Origin: Eledone cirrhosa
Lineage: Eukaryota
DNA: 64,000 bases
Direction: 5' to 3'
Assembly: GCA_964016885.1 (NCBI GenBank)
Contig: OZ024742.1
Location: forward strand, 250,170,001-250,234,000
Part shown: positions 40,444 to 54,023 of the stretch, piece by piece
How the letters are laid out: every line of letters starts with the position of its first letter
How positions within the stretch are numbered: the stretch's first letter is position 1
Position numbers and translations under genes: made by a program
The notes under the pieces: model-generated
What the model was told of the DNA's origin: nothing
Seen by the model: the letters and a program-made list of their open reading frames with translations, nothing else
Database searches by the model: none

Positions 40444-42882
40444 ATCCGTCTCTTTCTCCTTCCCCCTTCTCTCTCTATGTATGTATATATATATGTATGC
40501 ATGTAAGTATATATATATATATAAATATTTAGTAAAATAACAGATTAAAGTTTAAGCAAAGAATCGCTGCTTTCACCCTTCACGGGATCTTCTGAAACTA
40601 ACAAAGTCAATCTGTAAACGCAGAAGTGGATATTTCAAAAAACGTTGCAACAGGAAGACGATACTTTGGTTTGTGGAAACGTTCCCTGGCAAAGAACGGG
40701 AAAAAACGAATATAATACGTCATTAATAGGAGCAGTGAAAACAATTACACGCAAAGACAGAACCACGTTATTGGTATAAAAGAAGTCGTAGACTAATATT
40801 CTCTTAGGTGGTTCATAGAGACGTTCTCTGGCAATGAACGGAAAAAACGAAGATAATACGTCATATGTGGAGCGTGGAGAACAATTGCACGCAATGACGT
40901 AAATGGTATAGCTTAAGTCGTAGACTAAAATTCTAACTAGGGAACCGAAGGAATCTCCGCTTCAGAGTAAGAATAAAGTAAATAAAATACAATAGAGAGG
41001 TAATAGAAATGATGGTATTTGACCATGACTAAGTGCGGACCTCGTGCTTGCGACAGGTTCAGAAAAGAACTCACAGCCTTCTTTAAAGTCTTCAACCTCT
41101 CCATACAGTTTGAGGCCAATCTCTCGGTCGTTAATTACCTCGACGTTACCCTCAATTTATCGAATGGGTTGTATTACCCGTATAGAAAGCCGAATGATAC
41201 GCTTAATTACATAAGTAAGCATTCCAACCATCCTGCCAGCATAACCAAGAACCTGGTAAGAAACGTTTCGTTGAGGCTTTCCTGTTTATCTACTAACGAG
41301 CATATTTTCAACGACCATTCCGCTTATTACAATGAAGCTCTTGCTCGGAGTGGATTTGTCGATAAGGTAACATATGCAGAGTACGAAAATAGATCCCGTC
41401 GCATTTGTTGGTATAACCCACCATATAATATGGAGGTGGCCACACCATTAGCTAAGATCTTTCTTTCCCTTATTACGAAGCATTTTCGCCCTACACATAA
41501 ATATAGTAAAATGTTTAATAGAAATACTATTAAAATTTCTTACTCGATGACTCCTAGCCTTGCACATAACATCACAGCTTCAAATTTAGCTAAACTACCT
41601 AGCTGTAGGAACACGTGCAACCCTGTAGTTAGTACTAACTGTAATTGTAGGAATCGGGTTGATTGCCCCCTATCCGGGAAATGCCTCTCTAGTAACATTG
41701 TCTACAAATGTAAGGTTGTAACACCCACGTCCCGTAGGGCCTACATAGGGTTAACCGCCAATAGATTCTAGCAGCGTCTTTACATGCATACCCATTCTTT
41801 TCGTTACCCTCTAAGAAGGAATATGACGTCACTTTCAGCTTATATCTGGAGTCTAAAAGACAACCACACCCAATATAAGTTACACTGGGAGATCCTAGCT
41901 AGGGCTAGATCGTATAACGGAAATAAAAGACCATGTGACCTCTGCGCCGCTGAGGCCCTGGAAATACTCTACGCCACAGACCACATCTTAAACAAAAAAT
42001 CTGAGGCAATTTTGGCTTGTAAACATAAATAGCACAAAACTTTCCTGTATTACAGCCCCACGTTATACCCTAATGGATAGTACGATCTATACGTGGATAT
42101 TTTAAGTCTTGATGTGGTAGCTAAGTATATGTTTTGTTTATACCATCACTTATTTGCATAGGTAAGTATATATTACCTGTAAGTTTTGTGAAGGTACGTA
42201 TACTTTTTCGTACTTATATTTGATTGTATATGTTATGGCTTAAATTTTTTTATATATTCTAGTACATATGGTTTGGTTATGTGTATACGGGAGTTTGCGT
42301 CTGTGTGAGTATGCAGGTTCGTACATATGTAGGGTGGGTGTATATGTGTACTTCATGTTTTGCTTGACTTACGTCTCCGAACATTTGTTTATTTACATGT
42401 AGGTATGTGTGTGCGTTTGTTATATACGGATTTATTCATTTATATACGTTTATTTAATTATTTATTTATTTGTATACACGCACACACACACACACATATG
42501 TATATGTGCGTGGTTTTGTATACCTATGTGTTTTCGCGTATGCTTGTGTATGTACGTATTTGCATGCGTGTATGTATTTATTTAATTTCTATTACCTCTG
42601 TATTGTATTTTATTTACTTTATTCTTACTCTGAAGCGGAGATTCATTCGGTTCCCTAGTTAGAATTTTAGTCTACGACTTCAGCTATACCATTTACGTGG
42701 TTTTGTCTTTGCGTGCAATTGTTCTCCACGCTCCACATATGACTTATTATCTTCGTTTTTCCGTTCATTGCCAGAGAACGTTTCTATGAACCACCTAATA
42801 GAACATTAGTCTACGACTTCTTTTATACCATAAACGTGGTTCTGTCTTTGCGCGTAATTGTTTTTCACCGCTCCTATTAATG

Positions 42883-42974
42883 GTTTCTTATATAGGCACA
42901 AGGCCAGTAATCTGGGGGGAGGGGAAAGTCGATTAAATCGACCCCAGTGCGTGACTGGTACTTTATTTTATCGA
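42883..42974 (-). mobile_element. 5'-truncated SINE inserted into the right pLTR arm only
   Basis: TSD ACCGCTCCTATTAATG at 42867-42882 and 42974-42989; absent from the left arm. Confidence 0.92.
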
Positions 42975-43106
42975 CCGCTCCTATTAATGACGTATTATAT
43001 TCGTTTTTTCCCGTTCTTTGCCAGGGAACGTTACCGCGAACCAAAGTATCGTCTTCCTGTCTTCCTCCGGTTGCAACGTTTTTTCAAATATTTACTTCTG
43101 CGTTTA

Positions 43107-43180
43107 CAGATTGACTTTGTTAGTTTCAGAAGATCCCGTTAAGGATGAAAGCAGCGATTCCTTGCTTAAACTTTAATCTG
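43107..43180 (+). ncRNA. Hammerhead-fold motif with variant core CAGAAGA (mirror at 40541-40614, minus)
   Basis: CAGATT..AGTTT-CAGAAGA-TCCCGTTAAGGAT-GAAA-GCA..TGC-TT-AAACT..AATCTG; stems I, II and III all pair. Confidence 0.65.
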
Positions 43181-43283
43181 TTATTTTAATAAATATTTGC
43201 TCTACGGTTCTTATATATTTGTTATATATTTATCCTTATCTCGCCCTCTTTGGGTTTTAGTCTTCAAATTTATTATTATTACC

Positions 43284-43398
<115 letters not shown>

Positions 43399-43523
43399 CC
43401 TCTTTCTCTCTCTCCATTTCTACTTTTTCCGATTCGCCGGGTTTTTCTTATAATGTACGTAATGAGGAGCTAGTTGGTAGTGATGACGTCTTGTTTTATG
43501 TTATGTGGGTGTGCCGATACTGA

Positions 43524-43567
<44 letters not shown>

Positions 43568-44047
43568 ATTTTTGTTATTGTTGTAGTAGTGGTAGTGGTA
43601 GTAGTAAGGAGATGAAATGATATACCATCCATAAAGTCAGCCACACAAATCCTACGAATACCTTTGTCTACTGTCAGTTATTTGGAAAGGCGTCTATCAT
43701 AAAGAGAAAGTTATGAAAGACATCAACGTTTATATTCTTTATATCAAGTGTTTAGGGAGACCAGAATGTGCGCCTGACCTATTCGAAACTATGTTTCCTA
43801 TATTCAAAAAGACAAAAAGCATAACAAAACATACTAGAAGAATATATATAAAATGCCAAAATATAAATATTCCTTCATCATATTTCGTAAATAGCGAAAA
43901 CATGAAGTGTTTTGCAGAGAAGATATTTTTATAAACATATTGAATCCTAAAGTACTTGTGATTACAAATATGCCTAGTTTGTAGGTGTTCTCTTACAAAT
44001 TATACTTACTTTCAACGTATGCAAATTATTATTATTGCTGCTGCTGC

Positions 44048-44078
<31 letters not shown>

Positions 44079-44539
44079 GAAATAATTATTATTGGTTGGC
44101 AGACTGTGAAGACGTGTTTTTGTGATCTCAGTTATTTGTTTAATTTTCAAGTTTTTGCATTCAATTAATTGTTGTAATTTTCATGACAAGGGTATCATAA
44201 GACACGCGTCTTTGCCCTGTGTACAGGTGATCGCAAAGTATTTGGGTCTTTAGGGACAAATATTTTAACCTTTTTCATATTCTTTTCTTCAAAAAAACAT
44301 GAAAGAGACATGCCAGCCAACATTGAGCCTGTTCTTACGAGACAGTGGCTCAATCGTAGAGAGGAGGGGTGTTTCTCGCACCACCAGAACCATTATGAAC
44401 AATGTAAATCTTACAACCACTACATGCAACGTAGCCGACAACACCTGGAGTTATTGTTATTGTCGACTACATATGAAATGTAAAAATAAAAAGAAGCAAT
44501 CTGATTTCGTACACATATATACATAAACACAGATATGTA

Positions 44540-45434
<895 letters not shown>

Positions 45435-45438
<4 letters not shown>

Positions 45439-45912
45439 GTACATGATGGCTGCAAACTCTGCTAAGAGTAATGCAATCGCTCGTCAGATTATAGAGTTTT
45501 GTGCACTTTTCGGCTACGGCCAGCCTCACAAACTTGTAACATATCCTGAACAAGCGATGCCTGCCTGTGCTTTGAACATTTCTTAAGTGGGGAAAGGCCT
45601 TTCACTCGACCAATCCTACTCTCGAGGAGAATTGGTCGACATCATCGGATGCTTCCAAAGCCGCAGGTTTTTTTAAGTGTTTCCCTCTCCTAGAAAGGTG
45701 TTGTGATAACAACCAACTGGGGGCCTTTCCCTCCCAGGTAAAAAAAAAGTACTATTTGGATGGCCGTTGACCCTTCTGAGTTCCTGCGCCCTTTGCTGGG
45801 TCTTGTATTTCATGCCGCAGTGTGTCCAAATATCACCAGCCTCACCAAGCAAGCTTTGTGGCGTTGCCGGTTTAGTCGCCAACGACCCAACAGTGAGACA
45901 GGTTGTACATGG

Positions 45913-45943
<31 letters not shown>

Positions 45944-46998
45944 CATACATACATACATACATACATACATACATACATACATACATACATGGTGGCTGCC
46001 AACTCGTTTTCAAGTCGGCCACTACTTTATATCCATGTAGGAGAACCCCTACCGATGCGCTAAACAAGTGTGACTTTTTAGTCCAGCCAGCGACTTGAAA
46101 ACTCTGGTACAAACACTACACCTGTGACAATTATTGACACATAGTGCTGGGACCATGGTACCATCTGACGACAAGTGCAGAGAGATCTCCAGATATAAAG
46201 CAATGCCTGTGCCGTGAAGCTTTTATAGTGAGCAAAGGCACTGCACAAAGCCAGTCCCACTCTCTTAACCAAGATGATATGTACCAAAAAGAAGAACAAG
46301 TCAACATCATTGGATACCATCAGGGTTGCAGGTGTTATATCAGAGTTTTCCTTCTCCTAGAATTCTGCCTTGACAAAGGCTAAGGGGTCATCTCTCCCGG
46401 TGATTTTGGATGGCCATTGACTCTTACATATATACATACATACATGGTGGCTGCCAACTCGTTTTCGAGTACGGCCACTACTTTATATCCATGTAGGAGA
46501 ACCCCTACCAATGCGCTGAACGAGTGTGACTTTTTAGTCCAGCCAGCGACTTGAAAACTCTGGTACAAACACTACACCTGTGACAATTATTGACACATAG
46601 TGCTGGGCCCATGGTACCATGTGACGACAAGTGCAGAGAGATCTCCAGATATAAAGCAATGCCTGTGCTGTGAAGCTTTTATAGTGAGCAAAGGCACTGC
46701 ACAAAGCCAGTCCCACTCTCTTAACCAAGATGATATTTACCAAAAAGAAGAACAATTCAACATCATTGGATACCATCAGGGTTGCAGGTGTTATATCAGA
46801 GTTTTCCTTCTCCTAGAATTCTGCCTTGACAAAGGCTAAGGGGTCATCTCTCCCTGTGATTTTGGATGGCCATTGACTCTTAAGAGCTCCTTTGCCCTTT
46901 GACAGGTTTTGTTTTTAGTCCTGCAGGATGTCCAAAGTCACCCTCCTCACCAAGAAACCTTGGTGGGGTTGCCAGTTTAGTCGCCAACGACCCGACCA
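45435..46998 (-). mobile_element. Tandem short RTE-derived elements with (TATG)n tails, including a 456-bp duplication
   Basis: 45985-46425 is nearly identical to 46441-46881. The shared head GGGTCGTTGGCGACTAAAC occurs at ~45888 and ~46993; CATA microsatellites separate the units. Confidence 0.75.
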
Positions 46999-47051
46999 AT
47001 ACATACATACATACATACATACATACATACATACATACATACATACATACA

Positions 47052-48170
47052 TAGATGCTAATTGCTTCTTCTTGTCAGAAGAGTGCCATCTCTTCATTGA
47101 ATATTGCATAATCATGTGCACGCAGGTGAATTTTCAGACCTGCTTTTGTTTTGCAAGCACTTTCACAGATGTGACACCTGACCTGTCCGTATCCTGGCAA
47201 TACCGGCTGTGGTGTTTCTTGATGAATTTTACGCCGTCTTGTCAGTTCACCGGCTGACTTGCAAATTAAGCTACTCCCACTGCAAATGTACCATGGAGTG
47301 TGTAGCTGTAGATCCATATCATAGACGGCTCAATTGTTCCCTGGCTGATTTGATTTCAGATGGTTGACAAAGCCAGTTCTTGTTAGAAGGAATGGGCCAC
47401 ATACATTGAACCTCAGTTCCTGCTGGATTATTGCAGGCACTGCACTTGAGTCCCGCTTACGAAGTGAACGTTTCAAAATAGCATGCTCCACTCGCTTTTT
47501 CTGAAAGACATAACATCCATTTGATGAACTTTCTCCATGATATACAGCCTTCAGCAAGTCTCTCACTGTTCTCCATATAAATCTTCAGAGTTTTAAGATT
47601 GTCTCTTATGATATCCTTAAAACGCTTCTTTGGTTTATATTGTGCCCTTTTTCTCTGATCAGCTCGCCACAAACTAATTGTTTAGGCAGCCTTCCATCTG
47701 CCATCCTACAGGACTGTAAGAACATAGGCTTGATACACAGAGAGCTTTGTGTTTCTCGTGATATCCCAATTTGGCCAGACACGCTTCTCAAGCTTATCGA
47801 TGGCAATACTCGCTTTCACAATCTTGTGATCTATTTTAACATCGAGGGTACCACTTCTACTAAGTGTACCTCAGAGATACACAAAGCTGTCCATCAAATT
47901 ATTTTCTTACGAAAATGTCTGGTTCCACATACACTTCCTCAACTGGTGGAGTTTACATGATCTCTGTCATTTTTATACTAATATTTACCCTTAACAGTAC
48001 ATGCATTGGAGACGGTGTCCAATATCAACTGCATGTCCTCAACTGTGTGAGCCACAAAATCTGCATCATCAGCATACAAGAACTCCCTGACAAACATGCT
48101 AATTGTTTTGGACTTGGAGTTAAACCATCTTAGATTAAAACTTTGCCAGAGGATCTAGTTCGCAAATATA
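47052..48170 (-). mobile_element. RTE LINE 3' half, RT pseudogene
   Basis: Minus strand FVREFLYADDADFVAH (~48050-48095), RMADGRLPKQLVCGEL, KPKKRFKD, CHICESACKTKAGLKIHLRAH; (TATG)n tail at 47000-47052. Confidence 0.92.
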
Positions 48171-48689
48171 CACCGATTTCGAAGACTTTGAGGCATATTC
48201 AAGTGGCACGGCAAAGTAGAGAAGGAGGTGAGGGGTTGATTTCCCGATTTTCCGAACTTCTGAGATTTCTTCTATCGGAATTGCTTTCTTTTCTATGTTT
48301 TTCGTTTGTTTTCGACCGATCTAACACCCGACTCACTCATCAACGTCTCCTTTTTCCGAAAACGGAGGCGGAAAGTCAAGGGCACATTTTGAGTTACAGA
48401 TAAGCACCTCTCGGCCATTGAAATATATAGACAAGCACCCGTGGGGATCACAAATAATTTTTTTTCCAAGGTTTCTTCGTGTGTTTACACCTAATCTGAT
48501 CTCCGACATGGTGGCAATCACCTTTCTTTCCAAAAACGGAATTGGGGACTCCTCGGATGTTCCCAATCACGGAGATTTCTTCAATGGAGAGAGGGGGACA
48601 TCCGAAATTACAGAAAAGCACTTCTTAACCGTTTAAACTTATAGAAAATCAATCCCTTGATACTGAAGGGTGTTTTGATACTTCATCAT

Positions 48690-49360
48690 TTTCTATTGTT
48701 GTGGAAAGCATTTTAAACTTAATTAATCAAGTGTTCTCTACAATTTCAAAATCCACCATTCCAACTAGAAGTGGTTGTGTGAAAGAGCAATCCTTGCCCC
48801 TAAAAACATCACAGTAAATGCCATCAACAAAAATCTCTCGCAAATGATCCCTGACCTATAAATCTAACGACAAAATGGTCGATGAGGACGAAGCTGTACA
48901 TTATCCCGTTCAATTTCTCGACAGTCTAGAACCATCCGGTATGCTGCCACACGATACTGAATTTATTCACCATCCTTCTCAGAAACATAGATGAAGCGGT
49001 GATTGTATAATGGGATGCGTATGGTTGTGACTGAGTTACAGCCTCACATTATCGAAGCCAAAATCTTCACTGAATGTTGTAAGGGAGACATCGTATTTAT
49101 GCCTACAGTACCGCTAATACCAATATATGCCCCTTTTCGTTTCAAACGATAACAATTCTCAGTGAGAGTCAGTTACGCAATGACCATTAACAAGTTCCAA
49201 CGACAAACGCTACAGATTGTTGGTTTTCATCTAGAAGAGAGCTGTTTCTCATATGGTCAATTGTATCTAGGTGTTCCCAGAGGAGATAGCCACTACAAAT
49301 TCTTCATATATGCTCCAAAGAAAAAAAGTTTTAAAACATTGTATATACTGAAGTTCGGTA
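48690..49360 (+). pseudogene. Helitron PIF1-like helicase fragment
   Basis: [56 protein letters not shown]...CFSYGQLY; stops and frameshifts. Confidence 0.9.
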
Positions 49361-49679
49361 AATGTTTTATAATTTTCATAGAATACATTTTACTATCATT
49401 TTACTTATTACTTTCTGTATTTATTATACTAAATCAAATTTTAAAATTATCTCATACAAAATTTAAATATCTTATAACATATTTTATTTCAAAGAAAATG
49501 GGTGCCTTATAAATAGATTTGAGCACAAGACAGACTGGGAGGCTGCTGTTATATATATATATTCAGTTTTCTCAATCATTCTTTCAATCTTCTCTATTCC
49601 TACATGTGACAGCCAGTCACTTTCTCGTACGCTCCTTACCTGGTTAGTTATCTGTGACAAAGTGTGTGATCCAGCATTT

Positions 49680-49878
49680 CTTGATTGCTGCTACAGAGGC
49701 CTGGATGGAGTCTCAACGTCTCAACCTTCCAATTTCTATATACAGAGCTTAGAAAAACTGAAGACTCGCTGCAATAAGTCTGTGAATCTGAAAGGAGAAT
49801 ATATTGAATAAAATCATAATTAACTGATCCTCCTGTATTATATTTTACTCAAAACCAGGGACTTTTCTGCACCGCCTC

Positions 49879-49881
<3 letters not shown>
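49680..49881 (+). mobile_element. mariner transposon 3' end with TIR
   Basis: FYIQSLEKLKTRCNKSVNLKGEYIE* mariner C-terminus; TIR ACTTTTCTGCACCGCCTCG followed by TA. Confidence 0.85.
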
Positions 49882-49916
<35 letters not shown>

Positions 49917-49960
49917 CGATATGAAACGAAAGGAGCTGTGTGGTTACTAAAAACAAGGTT

Positions 49961-50396
49961 TAGGATGGTGGTTAGGACGGAACAAGAGGAGAAAGGAAGA
50001 AAGGAGTTTCCATCGTCAGCTGTAAATGTTTCCCGGTCCGATGTTTCGGCGCTGAATTACAGGACATTGGTGTAGTTCGGGTGCGCCCGTGGCCTTTTAT
50101 TAATCAAAAGCCCAGGTGGAAAAGGAGAGAGAACGACAGAACAAAGGGGAAAAAAGGAGAGAGAAAAGGAAAGAGAGGGAAAGGAGGAAGAACAGGGGGG
50201 AAAGATGAGGAGAGAGGAAGAAAGGGGGAAGGGAAAAGGGGAGAAAATAAGAAAGGAATAGGAGAAAAAAAGTGTACAGATCCCATCGTTGGAAGACACA
50301 GGGGAAAGAAAGCGCTGAAGCATCAGATCGGGAAACATTTACAGCTGACGATGGATACTCCTTTCTTCCTTTCTCTTGTTCCGTCCTAACCACCAT

Positions 50397-50400
<4 letters not shown>
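49961..50400. mobile_element. Fold-back element with ~90-bp terminal inverted arms in (TA)n
   Basis: 49961-50053 is inverted against 50311-50400; purine-rich spacer; degenerate HHR remnant on minus (GTCC...GCC-GAAA-CA-TC-GGAC). Confidence 0.75.
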
Positions 50401-50477
<77 letters not shown>

Positions 50478-51539
50478 CGTCCGAAACGTTAAGACCCTCT
50501 TCCTGCTATTTCAAGCGTTAAACTTATATATTCCTTCTATATACTTTACTGTTTGTGTTGTTATTTCTGTTTACCTTTTACATATATATATATATATTTA
50601 TATATATATATATGTGTGTGTATGTATAAATATATATATATATATATATGTATGTATGTGTGTGTGTGTGTGTGTGTGTGTTAAATTTATTTATGTGTAA
50701 AGCAAACGTACGTAAGACCAAAATAAAAAGTTATTTTAAAATAATTTGTGGTTCTTACTGCAGTTTTGTCCAAAAGAGAAATCCTAGCATTCTAATAATT
50801 TAGCATACAGGACTACGCGGACAGGACACTTCAGAGATTCTTCTCATAAACCCACAAATATTTCGAGTGATATATTGCAGCCGATGTGGTGGTGATGGCC
50901 CTATATAATCGAACAGGTGTACAGTGGTGAATTGAGAGAAAGAAAGGGGGAAAATCACTTGGGTAATTTGAGGACGGGAGAAGAGGGAAAAAGTTGAAGA
51001 AGGCTATGGGAAAGGAGAGGAAGAAGAAAAAGAAGACGAAGAAGGAGAAGAAAAAGGAAGAAGAATATGAAGCAGAGGAAAAGGGGAGGCGCAGAAGCTA
51101 GGCAGAAGGAGGGATGGTGGTAATTAAAAGAAATAATGTTTTTTTTTGTATATTGGATCACAAGTTTTGGTCAAAGAAACAAATTTCTTTGTACCAAATC
51201 GTAAGTAGGTTAAAATTCCCTTGTAATATTATTGCAACAATGGATCCACTGCAATATGTTCTGTAAGTTATAATTATTATAACGATTATTATTATTATAA
51301 TTATATTTATGATATATTACACAAATAGAATATTTGAAATACTTATTAATATATAATTCCTTATCAATTTTAACTAAATATGCATCTTAATCTTATTTAT
51401 AATCGGTATTCTTAAGAAGCAGATTGTTAAAAATGATAATAATATGTGTGTTTTTGTGTCTATGCATGCATGTGTGTGTGTGTGTCTTTGCATGCATACG
51501 TGCGTATGTGTGTCTATATATAAGAGAGGCTATTTCTCC

Positions 51540-52060
51540 CTCTGTCTGTCCGTACCAACATATATGTAGAAAGAGGCAAGGTAATCCCGCCACCTTCTTT
51601 TGACCGAGAAGGACAGACAGCTTTCCTCTGCCTGGTGACTGTTATGTGGTGAACTAACGACAAACACTTTCATCTTCGGCCAAGTCCTCATCAATTTTTT
51701 CAAGTTTCACTTGGAAAGGTAGTTGAGATTTGAGAGGGAAGTGCTGGTCCTTAATACATTTGTTAAAAAATGGGTGAATGTAGTGAGGATAGCTCATGTT
51801 AACAGGCTTACTCTGACCCCTGTAGACTAGCTAGTTTGGAGAGGCGAGGGGTGACCTTCTATGGTACATATGGAGAGTAGGTTTCGTTTAGGATTAGTGA
51901 GATTTTGAAATCACCCACGTGTGGTACTTCCCCATTGGACAATTTTCATTGTAATACCCATTTTATACTCGATTTTTTACTCTAAACCCCTTCTGTCCCT
52001 GTTTTTTGTTTGTTTGTATTGTCTCCTATATATCGGCCCTTGTGGACAATAAAGATTATT
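51540..52060 (+). mobile_element. Tx1/L1-type LINE 3' end
   Basis: LINFFKFHLER*LRFEREVL...FVKKWVNV, then a 3' UTR ending GGCCCTTGTGGACAATAAAGA; tail pieces also at 52230-52295 and 57715-57740. Confidence 0.6.
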
Positions 52061-52339
52061 TTCATTTTTTCATTTTGTCATGGTTTTTCGAAGAGTTTTT
52101 TTAATTTTTTCTCTGTGGAATTTTTGTTGTTTTTTGTCTTTCATATATTCAATATCCTTTGTATATAGCAGTTATTCTTATTATAGGGATTTTCTTAATA
52201 TTGTAGTTGTTATTTTTATTGCTAATAATTTCATTTATTGGCCACAAGGGCCGACATGCAAGCGACAAATGTTGTCCCTTGTGGCTAAATGAAATCATTA
52301 TGTTGTTACTGATATTTGTGCTTGTTGCTAGTGTTGTTA

Positions 52340-53982
52340 ATTTTGTGTTACTTATTTTGTTGTTGCTGTTGTTGTTGCTGTTAGTGCTGCTATTGTCGCT
52401 GTTGTTGTTGTTAGTGCTGCTATTGTCGTTATTGTCAGTGCTGCTATTGTTGTTGTTGTTGTTGTTGTTGTTGTTAGTGCTGCTATTGTCGTTATTGTCA
52501 GTGCTGCTATTGTTGTTGTTGTTGTTGTTGTTAGTGCTGCTATTGTCGTTGTTGTTGTTGTCAGTGCTGCTATTGTCGCTGTTGTTGTTGTTAGTGCTGC
52601 TATTGTCGTTGTTGTTGTTGTTATTGTTGTTGTTAGTGCTGCTATTGTCGTTGTTGTTGTTATTAGTGCTGCAATTGTCGTTGTTGTTGTTGTTAGTGCT
52701 GCAATTGTCATTGTTGTTGTTATTAATGCTGCTATTGTCGTTGTTGTCAGTGCTGCTATTGTCGTTGTTGTTGTTGTTAGTGCTGCTATTGTCGTTGTTG
52801 TTGTTGTTAGTGATGCAATTGTCATTGTTGTTGTTATTAATGCTGCTATTGTCGTTGTTGTCAGTGCTGCTATTGTCGTTGTTGTTGTTGTCAGTGCTGC
52901 TATTGTCGTTATTGTTGTTATTAATGCTGCTATTGTCGTTATTGTTGTTGTTAGTGCTGCTATTGTCGTTGTTGTTGTTGTTAGTGCTGCTATTGTCGTT
53001 GTTGTTGTTGTTAGTGCTGCTATTGTCGTTGTTGTTGTTGTTAATGCTGCTATTGTCGTTGTTGTTGTTGTTAGTGCTGCTATTGTTGTTGTAGTTGTTG
53101 TTAATGCTGCTATTGTCGTTATTGTTGTTGTTAGAGCTGCTATTGTCGTTGTTGTTGTTGTTAATGCTGCTATTGTCGTTATTGTTGTTGTTAGTGCTGC
53201 TATTGTTGTTGTTGTTGTTGTTGTTAGTGCTGCTATTGTCGTTATTGTCAGTGCTGCTATTGTCGTTGTTGTTGTTGTCAGTGCTGCTATTGTCGTTGTT
53301 GTTGTTGTTAGTGCTGCTATTGTCGTTGTTGTTAGTGCTGCTATTGTCGTTGTTGTTGTTGTTAATGCTGCTATTGTCGTTGTTGTTGTTGTTAGTGCTG
53401 CTATTGTCGTTATTGTTGTTGTTAGTGCTGCTATTGTTGTTATTGTCAGTGCTGCTATTGTTGTTGTTGTTGTTGTTAGTGCTGCTATTGTCGTTATTGT
53501 TAGTGCTGCTATTGTCGTTGTTGTTGTTGTTAATGCTGCTATTGTCGTTGTTGTTGTTGTTAGTGCTGCTATTGTCGTTATTGTTGTTGTTAGTGCTGCT
53601 ATTGTCGTTGTTGTTGTTGTTAGTGCTGCTATTGTCGTTGTTGTTGTTGTCAGTGCTGCTATTGTCGCTGTTGTTGTTGTTAGTGCTGCTATTGTTGTTA
53701 TTGTCAGTGCTGCTATTGTTGTTGTTGTTGTTGTTAGTGCTGCTATTGTTGTTGTTGTTGTTGTTGTTAGTGCTGCTATTGACGTTGTTGTTGTTGTTAA
53801 TGCTGCTATTGTCGTTGTTGTTGTTGTTAGTGCTGCTATTGTCGTTGTTGTTAGTGCTGCTATTGTCGTTGTTGTTGTTGTTAGTGCTGCTATTGTCGTT
53901 GTTGTTAGTGCTGCTATTGTCGTTGTTGTTGTTGTTAGTGCTGCTATTGTCGTTGTTGTTGTTGTTAGTGCTGCTATTGTCG

Positions 53983-54023
<41 letters not shown>

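Larger units (their letters stand above)
40523..43198 (+). mobile_element. Penelope-like element (family B) with inverted pLTR at the 5' end
   Basis: 40523-41010 is inverted against 42584-43198. ORFs 41019-41771 and 41784-42032 are in one frame split by a TAG: VNYLDVTLNL...PYRKPN...SNHP...WYNPPY...FNRNTIKISYS...CNCR..CPL.G.CL...YIGLT...CDLC. Confidence 0.93.

Noticed and set aside
48333-48660. Possible PLE thumb fragment (PIPFLE...) on the minus strand
   Set aside because: Only one weak motif; cannot be assigned without a search.
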